Both the position numbers and the translations under genes were made by a program. The notes below the pieces were generated by a model. It was not told the origin of the DNA. It worked only from the letters and a program-made list of their open reading frames with translations, and made no database searches. A DNA stretch of 64,000 nucleotides, taken from NCBI GenBank assembly GCA_033442325.1, contig JAWQFM010000007.1:69007-133006 (forward strand). Direction: 5' to 3'. This DNA is from Salpingoeca rosetta (Eukaryota > Protista > Choanoflagellata). Below are positions 29,225 to 53,399 of this stretch, in pieces (the stretch's first letter is position 1; the number at the start of each line of letters is the position of its first letter).

Positions 29225-29644
29225 GACAAACACACACACACACACGCACAAACACACACACTCACACACACACACAGACAAACACACACACAGACACACA
29301 CAAACGCACGCACACACACATCGTCTCACCTTGGCCTTGAATCGGTGGAAGAGAACACTGCCTGTGCTGCAGAGCGGGCGCACATCCATCTCAAGCGGCG
29401 CCATGGTGGTCAGGCCGGCGAGCTTATGGTGGTCGATGATGGACGTCACATTCGCTTTGGCAATGTCACTTGGGAGCTCCTGGTGACCGCGTGAGCGGTC
29501 ATGGGTGTGGGGAAGTGATGTGTGTGTGTGTGTGTGTAAGTGATGTGTGTGTGTGTGTGTGCGTGTGTGTATGTGTGAATGAGTGGGTGAGTGAATGAGT
29601 GGGTGAGTGAATGAGTGGGCGAGGAAGTCAGCACACATGAACAA

Positions 29645-29685
<41 letters not shown>

Positions 29686-30386
29686 ACCCACACACACACA
29701 GACAGACACACACACATACATACACACACACACACGGACACACGCACGAGCACACGAGGGAGCAAGACGTACAGCTGGGTTGTTGGTGTCGACGATGGCC
29801 ACAGAGTCGCATGGGCGGGCACGTAGGTCCGGCAGTAGCGGCGGCACGTCCACCTTGAACTGTCGTCAAAACGACGAAGGCAAGAGGAACCATGAGTGTC
29901 AACAAGAGCAGTTGCCACGACAAGGTGCCACGATAAGGTGCCACGATGGGGTTACGTGTGGACAACCTCAGCAAGTCGGGGTGCGAGTGAGCAACAAGGG
30001 CAAGCACGTCGTCACACTCACCCGTTGCAGCACGTATTCCGTCTCTGGGTTGAGGTCACCGAGCCGATATGCCGTGGCCTTGGAGCCATCGTGCTCCAGC
30101 TCAATGGCACGCACAATGGCTGCGCACACAGCATCCGTATCAGGGATCTACAAGACACGTAGCATGGAGTGTGACAATGCAGTGTGCGAGTATCAAGGAC
30201 GTCAACAACAAAGTGAGGTGGTGCGGGCGCACATCTGCGTAGGGAGGCATATGAACACATACACGATGGGAACGACCCCCACGAAGCTGACAGACACGAT
30301 GGGTACACGTACAGACACACACACACACAGACACACAGACACACACACACACACACACACAGACACACAGACACACAGACACACAG

Positions 30387-30417
<31 letters not shown>

Positions 30418-30695
30418 TAGACACACACACACACACACAGACACACACACACACAGACACACACACAGACACACACACACTCACTCACACACACAAAACC
30501 AACCTTATGGCCAAAGACGCAGACGGTAGCCGCCTGTGATGAGTTGAAGCGCATCCCACCACCCATCATGGTAGCAGCAGCAGCAGCAGCAGCAGCAGGA
30601 CAGCTGGTGCTGGTCCCTGCTCTCGCCAAAGCGCTCGTGATCGCAACAACAGGCAACCCGAGTCGCACAAACCTCATCATCATCATCATCACCAT
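27980..30695 (-). CDS. ppaC: Family II (DHH) manganese-dependent inorganic pyrophosphatase with putative mitochondrial presequence
   Basis: Spliced motifs VFGHK.PDTDA, LGDLNPETEYVL, IVDTNNPAELP, IIDHHKLAG, CILSDSLHFRS.TTT, DSKTY, VSVVETT, FFVVDI, GVLSRKKQMIPAL. Confidence 0.9.
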
Positions 30696-30962
30696 CGTGT
30701 GTGTGTGTTGTTGTCCTTCTTGTGCAGACGAAAATGGCGCGACTGCTGTTTCGTTTGTGTTGTGTTGTTGTTTGGATGTTGCACATGCACGTGTGTGTGG
30801 GTGTGATTGTGATCTGATCGACCTGTTTCCCCTCGCGCTTCTTGTGCGCGCGCATGTGTGTGTGTTCACCCAGCTCAGCCTACGCATGTTTAGCATCATC
30901 TTCAGCACCAGATAGGTAGGACAACACGAAAAGCTAACAACATGCCAGGGAGAGACGGGCAT

Positions 30963-31062
<100 letters not shown>

Positions 31063-31067
31063 CGCAC

Positions 31068-39495
<8,428 letters not shown>

Positions 39496-40619
39496 GGTGA
39501 CTCACGCAGAAGGGGGGGGGGAAGAGAGGGGAGACGGGGGAGACGGGGGAGACGAAGAAACAGGCAACAAGCAGGCCAACGGTGTCCGCCTGGACCACAA
39601 CAAGCCAGTCGGTCGGAGCAGACGATGCCAAAAGCACACAGAAGATGGAACACGTTGCTGTCTGCTGTCTGCTGTTGTTTGCGCAGCTCTGTTTGCGCAG
39701 CACGTGTGTTGTGGATTTCGTGGTGTCGCGGACGGTGATTTCGGCGACTGATCAACATTGTGGAAAGTTCTAGAAAGCTTTGCGCCAAATTTCGTGGCAG
39801 CTTTCGCGCAATTGCAACACGACCAACCAAACACCATTCTGCCGGTCGCTGTTGCGTGCGTGTTTTCGAGCGAGCAGCACCCTTCCTCCCCTTGACCTAC
39901 TTGCTTCTTGCTTGCTTGCAGCAGCGGGATACCACATTCTCGCATTTGCTCAGCGCCTGCATTTTTCAACAGTTCAAGGTGGGGGTTTGCCAATGTTTCT
40001 GATGGTGGTGGGAACGGGGAAGGTCGTGCCGTGCGGGTGTTGCGTGCGTGTGAGCCTGCGCGTCTGCCATGTGTGTGTGCGTTCTCCCCGCTTCTCTTCT
40101 TGTTCGCCCATGGTTTTTCTTGTATTGCTCGTGTGACTTCTGGAGTCAGTCAGACGGTTGTGTTTGCAAGTTGGCTCGGCACGAGCAGAAACCCATGAGT
40201 TCTCGAGCTTGCGAGAATTGTCCCTTTGGGTTTTGAAAACCCGCTCTTTTCTCGTGCATCTACGCTCGCACCCTCTTGAGAGCAGCACTTTGCAGCCATC
40301 AATCCATCCCCATTCACGCTGCTTTGCGTGGTCTCACATCACATCGAACAAAACAACCACCTTTGCTCTGCCGCATTGCTTTTTGTTTGGTTTCGTCGCA
40401 TCCACTTCAGACACACAGGAGCACCGTTTGTTCCAACCCAAAGCCCCGAAGTCGTTGACTGTTCCGGACACAACAAGCAGTTACAGGCAGCGTGTATTCG
40501 AGTATTACCCGTTGTCTTGTCGCAGCACACTTGACGTGTTCACAAGCTCGTCGACGCGCAATCAGCCGCCCGGCACCCTTGCAGCACCCCCATTACATTT
40601 ACAGCAACAACTGAAGGAG

Positions 40620-41342
40620 ATGGATCAGGAAAACATCCCGGACGGCTTCCCGCCAACCACGAGCGCGGTGCCGCAGCTCACCAACAGCCAGCTCCCGGCA
40701 GGCTTTGTCACGCCGGAGTTTGACATTGCGGCGCTCACGGTGGATGAGCTGCGGGAGGAGATGAGCCAGCGAGGCCTGCTCGGCACGGGGTCCAAGGCCG
40801 AGCTGTGCGACCGGCTGTCAAAGGCCATCTTGAACGGCGAGACGCCGCCACACCGGCTCACAGCCCCAATTGAGAAGAAGAAGCGGCCGCACACACGCAA
40901 GGAGCCGCGCAGGGAAGACTTTGCCACAGAGGAGGAGTTCCAATCCGTGTGGACCAGGTGGCGGCAGGCCAGGAACAACAACAACAAGTCGGTGAAGAAG
41001 TCGCGGGAGAACCAGCGGAAGCGGCGGCAGGAGCACGAGGAGCTGTGCCGGCGCCGCGAAGAGGAAAACGCAAAGATGGAGGACGAGCTGCAGCAGATCA
41101 AGAGCCAGATCCAGCTCCTTGTCAAGGCCGTGGCCCAGCCCGACGCCCTGTCGCAGGACCAGGTCACCAACCTGCAGCAGATTCTCATGCGCAAGCACGC
41201 CGAGTTCAACGCCGCCAAGCGCGCAAAGGAAGGTGACGGCGTTGATAGTATTGATGGTGCTGTGGATGGTGCTGTGGATGGTTTGGGTGATGCTACGGGT
41301 GATGGTGACGCCAGCGCCCGGGCCAGCGCCCAGCAGCCTTGA
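40620..41342 (+). CDS. Intronless SAP-domain + C/EBP-like bZIP transcription factor (240 aa)
   Basis: ATG 40620. SAP 'IAALTVDELREEMSQRGLLGTGSKAELCDRL'; basic region 'WRQARNNNNKSVKKSRENQR' followed by a heptad zipper 'EENAKMEDELQQIKSQIQLL'. Confidence 0.85.
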   Translation: MDQENIPDGFPPTTSAVPQLTNSQLPAGFVTPEFDIAALTVDELREEMSQRGLLGTGSKAELCDRLSKAILNGETPPHRLTAPIEKKKRPHTRKEPRREDFATEEEFQSVWTRWRQARNNNNKSVKKSRENQRKRRQEHEELCRRREEENAKMEDELQQIKSQIQLLVKAVAQPDALSQDQVTNLQQILMRKHAEFNAAKRAKEGDGVDSIDGAVDGAVDGLGDATGDGDASARASAQQP

Positions 41343-41446
41343 AGAGCTGTTTGGCATGAACCGGTCGAGTTGGAATCGCGTGCACAGGGGAATCGAGTGC
41401 ATGCGCTGTTGATGCCTGCGTGCCTGCGTGTGGGTTGTTAGTGCAT

Positions 41447-41479
41447 GTGTTGTTGTTGTTGCTGCGCTTGTTGCTGCGC

Positions 41480-41529
<50 letters not shown>

Positions 41530-41554
41530 GCTGCTGCGCTTGTTGTTGCTGCGC

Positions 41555-41645
<91 letters not shown>

Positions 41646-41664
41646 GTGTGTGTGTGTGTGTGTG
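41447..41664 (+). repeat. (GTT)n array with (GT)n tail downstream of the bZIP gene
   Basis: Directly visible. Confidence 0.92.
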
Positions 41665-42214
41665 TTATTGTTTTTGCATTCGTGGACGTTTGTTTGTTCG
41701 TGGTCGAAGGCTCTTTTGCTCCTCCCATCTTTTCAGAGCCACCCCCATGGGGTCTACACTTTGTTTTGTTGTTGTTTGCAGTCAGTTAATTGATCACTTT
41801 CTTTTGCTTTTATTTTGCATCAACATTTTCACTGTTGAGTAGTTGCGTTGCTTGTTTGTGTTTGTGTTGGTTGTCGCCGCCCGCTGCTGGTGCCGGAGAC
41901 AGGGTGGCGCATCCCATAGACAACTTTAATCGAAGAAAGAACAAGCCCAGGTAATACAACACAGCACGAGGAGAGAAGGAAAGGAAGAAGGAGAAGGAAA
42001 AGACAAGTCGGGGCCGGCCCATCGGCCCAAGCGACCAACAACAGCTGTGAGGACTGCATGTGCGCTGGCGTGCATCTGTGCTGTGACACGCGCAATCGCA
42101 GTCAACCGGCCCCATCCCACAGCTAAGCAAGCACATACGACAGTGACCATGAGTGCGATGTTGCACGTACACGACACAAAACCACACCAAAGGGCACACG
42201 TGCCTAAGGTGGCA

Positions 42215-45132
<2,918 letters not shown>

Positions 45133-45406
45133 CGTTCCAAGTTTGTTATTGTGCGATGGGAGCTGTCTCACACCTCACGTCACGCTTCCCTCACAAACAC
45201 CAAACAGCTCAGATGTCGTTCTTCGTCGCTGTTGTGTGTGTATTTGTGTGCTTGAAAGTTGGTTGAAGATATTCGCCAATCGCCCTCAACCGCACCGGCT
45301 TTCCAACGCGTGGGTGCATTTCCACAACTTCCATCCACCCAGCACCACCCCACCAGAACACAAGTAGCACGCTCAGATCACCACCACACAGACACACACA
45401 GACAAG

Positions 45407-45644
45407 ATGATCATCCCTGTGCGCTGCTTCTCCTGCGGCAAGGTGATTGGCAACAAGTACAAGCGCTTTCTCGGCTTTGTGGATGCAGAGTACGGCGAGA
45501 GGTCAGTTCTCAACAGGACGTATATGTATGCTGTGTGTGAGTGTTGTGTGTTGTGGGAAGTGTGTTTAGAGAGAGAGAGAGAGAGTGTGTGTGTGTGTGT
45601 GTGCGTATGTTTGTTTGTACTTTGTGTGTGTGTGTGTGTGTGCA

Positions 45645-45685
<41 letters not shown>

Positions 45686-45945
45686 ACGTGTCGTTGTCGT
45701 GCGTGCATGTGTGCTTGTTTGTCTGTGTGCACTTTTGTCCACCATGTGCGTGTTTTTGTTCACCAGCACAATTCTTACCCCCTCGCCAACAAAACCAAAC
45801 CTACTCTCCCTCAACGACAACACCATGCAGCAAAGCGTTGGATGAGGTTGGCCTGAAGCGGTATTGCTGCCGTCGTATGCTGCTGACACACGTGGATCTC
45901 ATTGAGAAGCTCCTCGAGTACTCTGCCCTTGAGCAGCGCGACTGA
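45407..45945 (+). CDS. POLR2L: RNA polymerases I/II/III subunit RPABC5 (RPB10), 69 aa
   Basis: Exons 45407-45501 and 45831-45945: [18 protein letters not shown]...[27 protein letters not shown]. Confidence 0.97.
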
Positions 45946-46073
45946 ACCAGCCACGAACAAACCCTTCCCCCCTCCCCCAGTTGTTGGAGTCATCGTTTCC
46001 GCATGATGTCGGCGCGACTACCATTTGTCCTGCATCAGTCATGTGTCAGCTGCGCCCTCCTCCAACCCACTGA

Positions 46074-46131
<58 letters not shown>

Positions 46132-46706
46132 GACACATAATGTACATTCTCCTGCCCCATGCAATCTCTCCCAATCCGTACCTCACTCGCTCTTTTTCTG
46201 CAATTCTTCCTCACCCCGCTTGATACCCTCAGCGCGCGCGCTCCCATGTTGACTTCCCGTCCACCCGTGTAAACGCTTGCTTGCTTGATTCCCTTTTCTG
46301 TTGGCGTGTCACATTACATTTTGGCTTAAGACAACATGAACCGAAACCCTCACGTCTACACATACACAGCGACAAAGGGAAATCAAACACACAAACACGT
46401 GCACACAGAAAAGTGTTGGGAGCGCGAAGAGCCAAGGCCCTCAACAACGCACAGACACACCACTCACACGACAACAAGGGCAACATGGCACAAACACACA
46501 AAGACGAGGACTCGACACAGCAAGCTAGCGGGATGATAGGTGCTGAGAACTGGAAGGGGGGGGGGGGGACAGGGAGTGGGATACCCAGGGGGCACAACCC
46601 GCACCACGCGACTACGCATTCACGTGAGACAACAGCGAGTGGGCGGGTGGGCGCGTTCATGGATTGATGTGGGTGTGGGCGATGGCTGTGGCAGTTGCAG
46701 TCGCCT

Positions 46707-46836
46707 TTAGCGCACGGTGACAATGTCGTCAATCTTCATGATGCTGCGGACCGTCTCGGCAGCAAACACAACGGCGCTCGTCGACACCAGCAGCGGCTGC
46801 ACAACATTCTCCTCAAGAATGTCCGTGATCATGCCC

Positions 46837-46932
<96 letters not shown>

Positions 46933-46980
46933 TGCGCACGGGAAGACAGTGTCAGGCAGACCATCAAGACAAGAGCCACT

Positions 46981-47016
<36 letters not shown>

Positions 47017-48122
47017 GCTGCGTGTGCGCGTGTACCTTGAGGATCTTTGTGCTGCCTGTGGAGACCTCCTCGACGCGATCCGCCGTTGCCATCACGTCGG
47101 GGGTCAGGTCGTCAATGTGCGCAATTGGCCGGCACCCGAGCGACTGCACGGCAGAGGCGGCGATGGTGTCATGACATTCGCAGAGAGGGTGAGGGAGAGG
47201 TGAGGCAGTGTTGGGTGAAATGAGGCTGTGGCGTGGAGCCATGGCGAGGATGAAGGCGCAAGCAAATGGCTCCAGTGAACTCAAAACCAAGGAAAAGGCA
47301 ATGCGCACCGACGCACCCTGCAGATGAAGTCAACTTGGTCGCGCTCAATGTTCTTGACAACGTTGATCTTCATCTTGTTGAGGAAGTGCAGCGCCTGGTC
47401 GCTCACAGCTTCCCTGCGCACGTGCAAACAGTTTGGGGGGGGGGAGGAGGGGAGCAAGACGAGAAATTGGCGTCAAGTGTGTATGTGTGTGTGTGAGAGT
47501 GTGTGTGAGTGTTGTGAGTGTGTTCGGTGGGGGTCGGGAATGGTGCAAACAACGGCAAAGGTGACGAGGCAGCATCAGCAACAAAAACAACAAACGCAGA
47601 CAAAACGATCAAGCAGTCGAGCCGCAGCACCTGAGGATGCTCTTCTGGACGAGGAGGACGTTGCAGCCAGACTTCTTGATCTTCTTGCACAGGTTCATAA
47701 TGTAATTGCGCTCCTCCTTCAGCACGCGGTCCATCTGAGAATAGTCCGAAATCACAACCTGGTTGTCAAGCTGTCAAGTGCACAGGCAAAACGTCGCAGC
47801 AATGGGCAAACGTGAGCAAAGGCAGTGGCGGGAAACGCGTCGGCACACGCGACACGTGCGTTGTTTACATTGCACAGGCCTCACAGCAACAAGTGCAACA
47901 ATTCGAAGCAGTGCGCTTCCACGAACGAACGAACAAATAAACAAACCCACATACAAACAAACACACAGAGTATACACACAGAGTGTACACACAAACAAAC
48001 AAACAAACAAACAAACAAACAAACAAACAAACAAACAGACAAACAAACGACGGAACGAACCCAGAACCCACCCACACACACACCCACACACACAACACAC
48101 ACAAGCATTCACACCCCTCTGC

Positions 48123-48159
<37 letters not shown>

Positions 48160-50110
48160 CTGCGTGTCCCGTGTGAATGCTCACGTCTGTCTTTGGGGCG
48201 GAGAGGCAGAACTGGACAAGGGCAATCTTTGCGTTGTCCTGCGAGTCGCGGTTGCTCATGAGGTGCGAAAAGTGCTTGTCAATCACAACGCCGTCAACAA
48301 GCTCTGTGTCCTCAATGGTGCCACTGCAATCAGCACACAAGACATGCGAGGAACAGAGTGAGCCACGCCAGAAACGTAGAGGAAGGAAGAGAAAGAGAGG
48401 CGTGCACACACACACACGCACACTCGCACAAAAGCACACACATACTCGCACACACACGCACGCGCACGCACACACACGCACACACACATGAGCGCAAGCA
48501 TTCGCAGGCGCAATGCGTGTACATGAAACCATGAGACTGCAACTCACTCGAGCTTCTGGATGAGCTTGATGTCGTTGAGGTCGACGGTGCAGGCCTCCTG
48601 GTCGGCAACCTTGAGCACGGCATCGACGACAATGGGGGCAATCGTGTCGGCGTACAGCGACACGACCTTCGAGTTGAGCGATGTCTTTGCGCTCTTGATC
48701 AGCTCCTCGCGGTCAGACAGCTCAATCGGCGTCGACATCTGCCATCAACGACAAAAGCAAAGGGAAGAACATATGGCAAGAGGTTGCGTTGTCGTTTGGT
48801 GCGTGGGTGGGTGGGTGAGTGAGCGTATTTTGCAGCTGTTGAAATGGGGGGGGGAGGGTGCAGTAAGGGTGTGACCGCGCCGCTGTGCGACTGCGACTGT
48901 GCGACTGTGCGACGTGATGCATGCAACAACACTTGTTGTCACCCGCAAGCGGAAGCAGCAAAGCACGCTTGCGCGGGCAACAGCCCTGGGCATGTGCGGG
49001 CCCTTGACGGTGTTCTCATGGTTGGTCTGCAAAACAACTTACGGCCTCGAGGATCTCTGCGCTCTTTGCGGCGGCCAGGCCAAAGGCGTTGGAGATCTCG
49101 CTGGGGTGAATGCCCTTGCTGAGAAGGCGCTCGCAGGCATTGAGCAGGCTACCGGCAATCACCACAACGGAGGTTGTGCCATCGCCAGCCTCCACATCCT
49201 GTGCCTTGGACAGCTGCACCAGCTGTAAAAGTGCGCGCACACACACACACACACACAATACAGGAGTGAGAAGTTTGCACACTGGATCGCACACAGACAC
49301 AGACACACACACGCGCTTACGCACACAGACACATACGCACAAGAAGAAGCGCTCACGCTCATACTCTGTTTTGTCAGCCTCTGGCGGGTGAATGATCACA
49401 CAGGCCACTCACCATCTTTGCGGCAGGGTGAAGGACGTCGATGAGGTCGAGGATGGTGGCACCGTCGTTGGTGATGGTGACACTGCCATCGGCCTTCTGG
49501 ATCTGCACATCCACAGATCGCATGATACGTCGCCACGCACGACAACACCAGCCACAATCCAAGCATGAGGTATTGAAGGTCAAGCGTTTCAGCAAACAAC
49601 ACGCCAGCGTCGCCTCCGCTCCCACGCACCGCTTCCAAGCACCAGCCTGAGAGCGCATTCAAGCGATCTCACCATCTTGTCCATGCCCTTGGGGCCAAGA
49701 CTGGTGCGAACGGCATCGGCGACGGCTGTGTTTCGGAGACAAGGGTGCGCGTTGGGGAGTTGACAGATCAAATGAGCCTCAAACAAGGACGGCAGTGGAC
49801 ACACTGTTGACTGCTAGAACCTTCTTCTTCACTCACCCATACAACAACTACAATGACAACAGAAACGATGCCGACGACGACTGCTGCTGCGCATACGTGG
49901 CCGGCATCATGTTTTCTCTCTTCCAACACCATGGCACAACAGCATCGATGACATGCCCCAGCACCATGGCACAAACGCACCCTTTGCGGCGGCAATGTTG
50001 GACATGCGCACGGTGGCGGGCTTGGACTTGTCCTTGTAGACGCCGCCTTGGTTGCCGCCAGCGGCAGGGGCGGCGGGAGCGGCGGGGGCAGCGGCCTGAG
50101 GTTGGCTCAT
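46707..50110 (-). CDS. CCT4: Chaperonin CCT subunit delta (TCP-1 delta); about 120 internal residues absent from this assembly
   Basis: [93 protein letters not shown]. Confidence 0.95.
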
Positions 50111-50462
50111 CGTGGCGGGTGGTGGTGCTTGTGTTTGGTCGAGGGGTTGGTGGCAGTTGCGAGGTGAGGGTGGTGAGTTGTGGTTGTTCGGCCTCGTGTG
50201 GTGGTGGTGCTTGTGTGTGTGTGTGTTGTTGGCTGGTTGTGCGGCTGCAGTTTTCTTTTATTTTTGCCTTGGCGGATGATTTGTAAAGAAAAATATCAAT
50301 GATTTGTGCTGATATCAGCGAAAATATGCCCGACAGCACAAAACAAATCATGACAAACAATACGCGCGGGAGGAGTGAGGCCTCGCGACAACGCGGCGTT
50401 CCAACGCCACCAACAAAACCAGCCAAAACCACAACAGCGACAGCAAAGATGACAAGACGACG

Positions 50463-50497
<35 letters not shown>

Positions 50498-50774
50498 CAA
50501 ACCTACAAACACCCCCACACCTGCCGCTGCACCAACCAAACTGAGAGTCGAGCCAGCAGCAGCAGAAGCAGCAGAAGCAGCAGCATTTGAGTGGCAGGCG
50601 TGACAGAGGAGAGTGGGAGGTGGAGAACATCAGTTGTGGCTGTTCCATCAATACTTCAATACGTCGCTTGCTTGCTTGCTTGCTCATCCCCCTCCCCTTC
50701 CTTCCTTCCTTCCTTGAACCTGCACGAACGCGGAAAAACAAAACCTTCCACAGCAACCAGGCAGCTTCACACGA

Positions 50775-52279
50775 ATGAAGCGTGTTTGGGGCAGCATGGC
50801 GGTGCTTGGCGTGTTGCTGCTGGCGTTGCTGCTGGGCTCGGGTGGCAGAGTCGCCGTGGCACAAAGCAGCACCAGCAGCACCAGCAGCACCAGCACCACA
50901 ACAGCCAGTGCAAGTGGAAGATCAAGTGCTGGTGTTGTTTTCTCATCAGCCACAACAATCGAGCCGCCGCCAGCAACCACCACGGCAGCAGCAGGCAGTG
51001 CCAATGGCACCAACACCACCGCCAACACTGCCTCATACAAGAACCCAAGCATAGTCTGTACGTTCTTGCAACGTTGTGTTGCTGTGAGTGTGGTGGCACA
51101 AAGTGCAAGTGCAAGGGGAGGGGGGCTTTGTTTGTACTTGGTACGAGGCGTGTCTGATCCTTTATGCATATTGCTCGCAACGGACGGGTGTGATCGTGCA
51201 TAGTGCATGCGTGTAGCAACCCATCGCACAGCACCGTTTCCACACATGCCTGCACGCTGCGGCCCGTTACAATGCCACCCTCTCACTTGCTTACGCGATC
51301 GCATCCTCATCCTGCACATGTTGCACTGCCAATAGATGCGGCGTGGTATGCCGAGGTGGCCCTGCTAATCTTGCTCCCGTGCATCATTGCAGTGCCAAGC
51401 CAAATCCACCACACGTCCCTCAAGGTCGAGCATGCACGAGCACATGACAAAGCGCCATGCAGTGTTCTGCACAACGCCAGAACCTGTGATCCTGCAATGC
51501 CACACAGCACTTTGCCAATTTGCCACACACCACACCACCCCCTCCCCCTCACTCCACGAAATCCACTGGTATCCTTGCCGCACCATTATTCCCTGCAGGT
51601 TGGCACCATTGCAGCGCACCTCGCAATGCACACCGTCCTCATTGCTGTACTGCTTCGCCAGCACCACGACAGCACACAGATCCCCTGCCAGGTTGGTTGA
51701 TAATCACCAGTGTGCCTTTGTGTGTGTGTGTCTGTGCCTGTGTGTCTGTACCTGGTTTGTGTGTGTGTGTGTGTGAATGTGTGTTTGTGTGTGGATGTGT
51801 TTGTATGTGTGTGTGTGTGGATGTGTGTCTGTGATCGTTGTTGTGAGACGGATGTCGATTGGTGTTGCATTCGGGTGTGGTTCTGTACGTTGCATGCGTG
51901 CCGCAATGTTGAATTATGCATGCCTACGCTGTGAACAAACGCTGCGCTGTCAAATGTGTCAGCCACCAACAACATGTAACATCCGTTGCCTTGAACGTGC
52001 GTGTCCAACAGGTGTGCGGGTTGGTGGTGTTGGGGTCCGTGGCGCTGCTCATGTGCACGTGGGCAGCGCGCGCAATGCTCATTTACCAGCGCGTCATCAT
52101 CACGCGACGCGAAAACGATATCTTCGCTGCTGTTGGTCGGTGGTGGTGCGGGACCCGTCTGGCACCCGCTGTTGTCGTTCCCGTTGCCCTCGCCATCGCA
52201 GCCTGGTTCCTCTTCCCAAAGTACGCGCGGGACGCATGGGGCAGCAACACACACACACACACACACATTCTTGGTGGTG

Positions 52280-52317
<38 letters not shown>

Positions 52318-52319
52318 TG

Positions 52320-52381
<62 letters not shown>

Positions 52382-52680
52382 CTTGTGCGCCTGCATCGCA
52401 AGCAAGATTAGCACCATCACAACCGTGTCGCACTCACCTCCTCTCCCCCATCCTGTCATCCTGGTTGCATGCAATTGCATCATCAGCAACTTCAAGGAGA
52501 GCGCGTGCATCCCAGCATGGCAGACGCCAACAACATATATGCTTCTGACCACGACGGTTGTGGGCTGTGTTGTTGCTTCTGCACACTTACTCATTGCCCG
52601 CGCTTCCCCGGACATTTACTCTCCAGCTGACAACATCGTTCAGGTGTGTGAGTTGGTGTGTGTGCGTCTGCGAGCGAGTG

Positions 52681-52718
<38 letters not shown>

Positions 52719-53119
52719 GTTTGCACGAATTGCGTGTTTGTTGTTCGTCAGTCGCCAGAAAGGAGAGTGCTTGTGGGTTTGCGCCTTGCGTGTGAATCTC
52801 AAAGGTACTGCCCCACTCATCATCTCGTTCACACCGTTAGTCCTCACACGCCACCTGTCCTTCTCTCCACCTGCATTTTGCACTCCAGCGCGCCACGTCC
52901 CAGTTTGTGCTGCACGTGCTGGTGTGCTGCCTGGTGCTGGCGTGGGTGCACATCGTTCCCTCCAGCGACGCCCTTGTCAGCGTCTTCTCGGCAGCGCTCG
53001 TGCTCATGGTGGTGCGTTGCTAGTCGGTGTACTATCAACGCATTCTTGAATATGACGCCAGCAACAGAACACAGTTCCTGAACACATGCACATGTAACAC
53101 ACACACACGCGCGCGCGCG

Positions 53120-53187
<68 letters not shown>

Positions 53188-53399
53188 TCGCATCAAACAA
53201 CATGCAACGCACACGCACACGCACGGCGCCCACTCATTCATCCACCCGTTCACGCACTCATCCACTCATTCACTCATCCTTCTCTCCCCGCCTGCCGCCT
53301 TGACACCGTGTAAAGCTGGTGGAGTACTTGGAGTTTCTGCTGCTGCACACATGGCGGCGACGCTGGCTGCTCGCTGGCTGCCAGGAAACCGACGACAAG
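50775..53399 (+). other. Signal peptide + Ser/Thr-rich ectodomain + seven-transmembrane domain (divergent secretin/adhesion-GPCR-like)
   Basis: Seven hydrophobic segments on phase-matched exons; Cys at the top of TM3 (IPCQVCG) and in ECL2 (SACIPAW); TM3 end '[10 protein letters not shown]' recalls family-B W..E...LY; basic helix-8-like HTWRRRWLL. Confidence 0.7.

Noticed and set aside
27980-30695. Bacterial contamination as the source of the bacterial-like genes
   Set aside because: ppaC, the GH-like gene and the thioesterase all carry host-type spliceosomal introns with CA/GT tracts.
40158-40619. 154-codon N-terminal extension of the bZIP ORF and a short uORF at 40195-40236
   Set aside because: The extension starts at a non-ATG codon with UTR-like composition; without a known TSS the uORF cannot be placed in the transcript.
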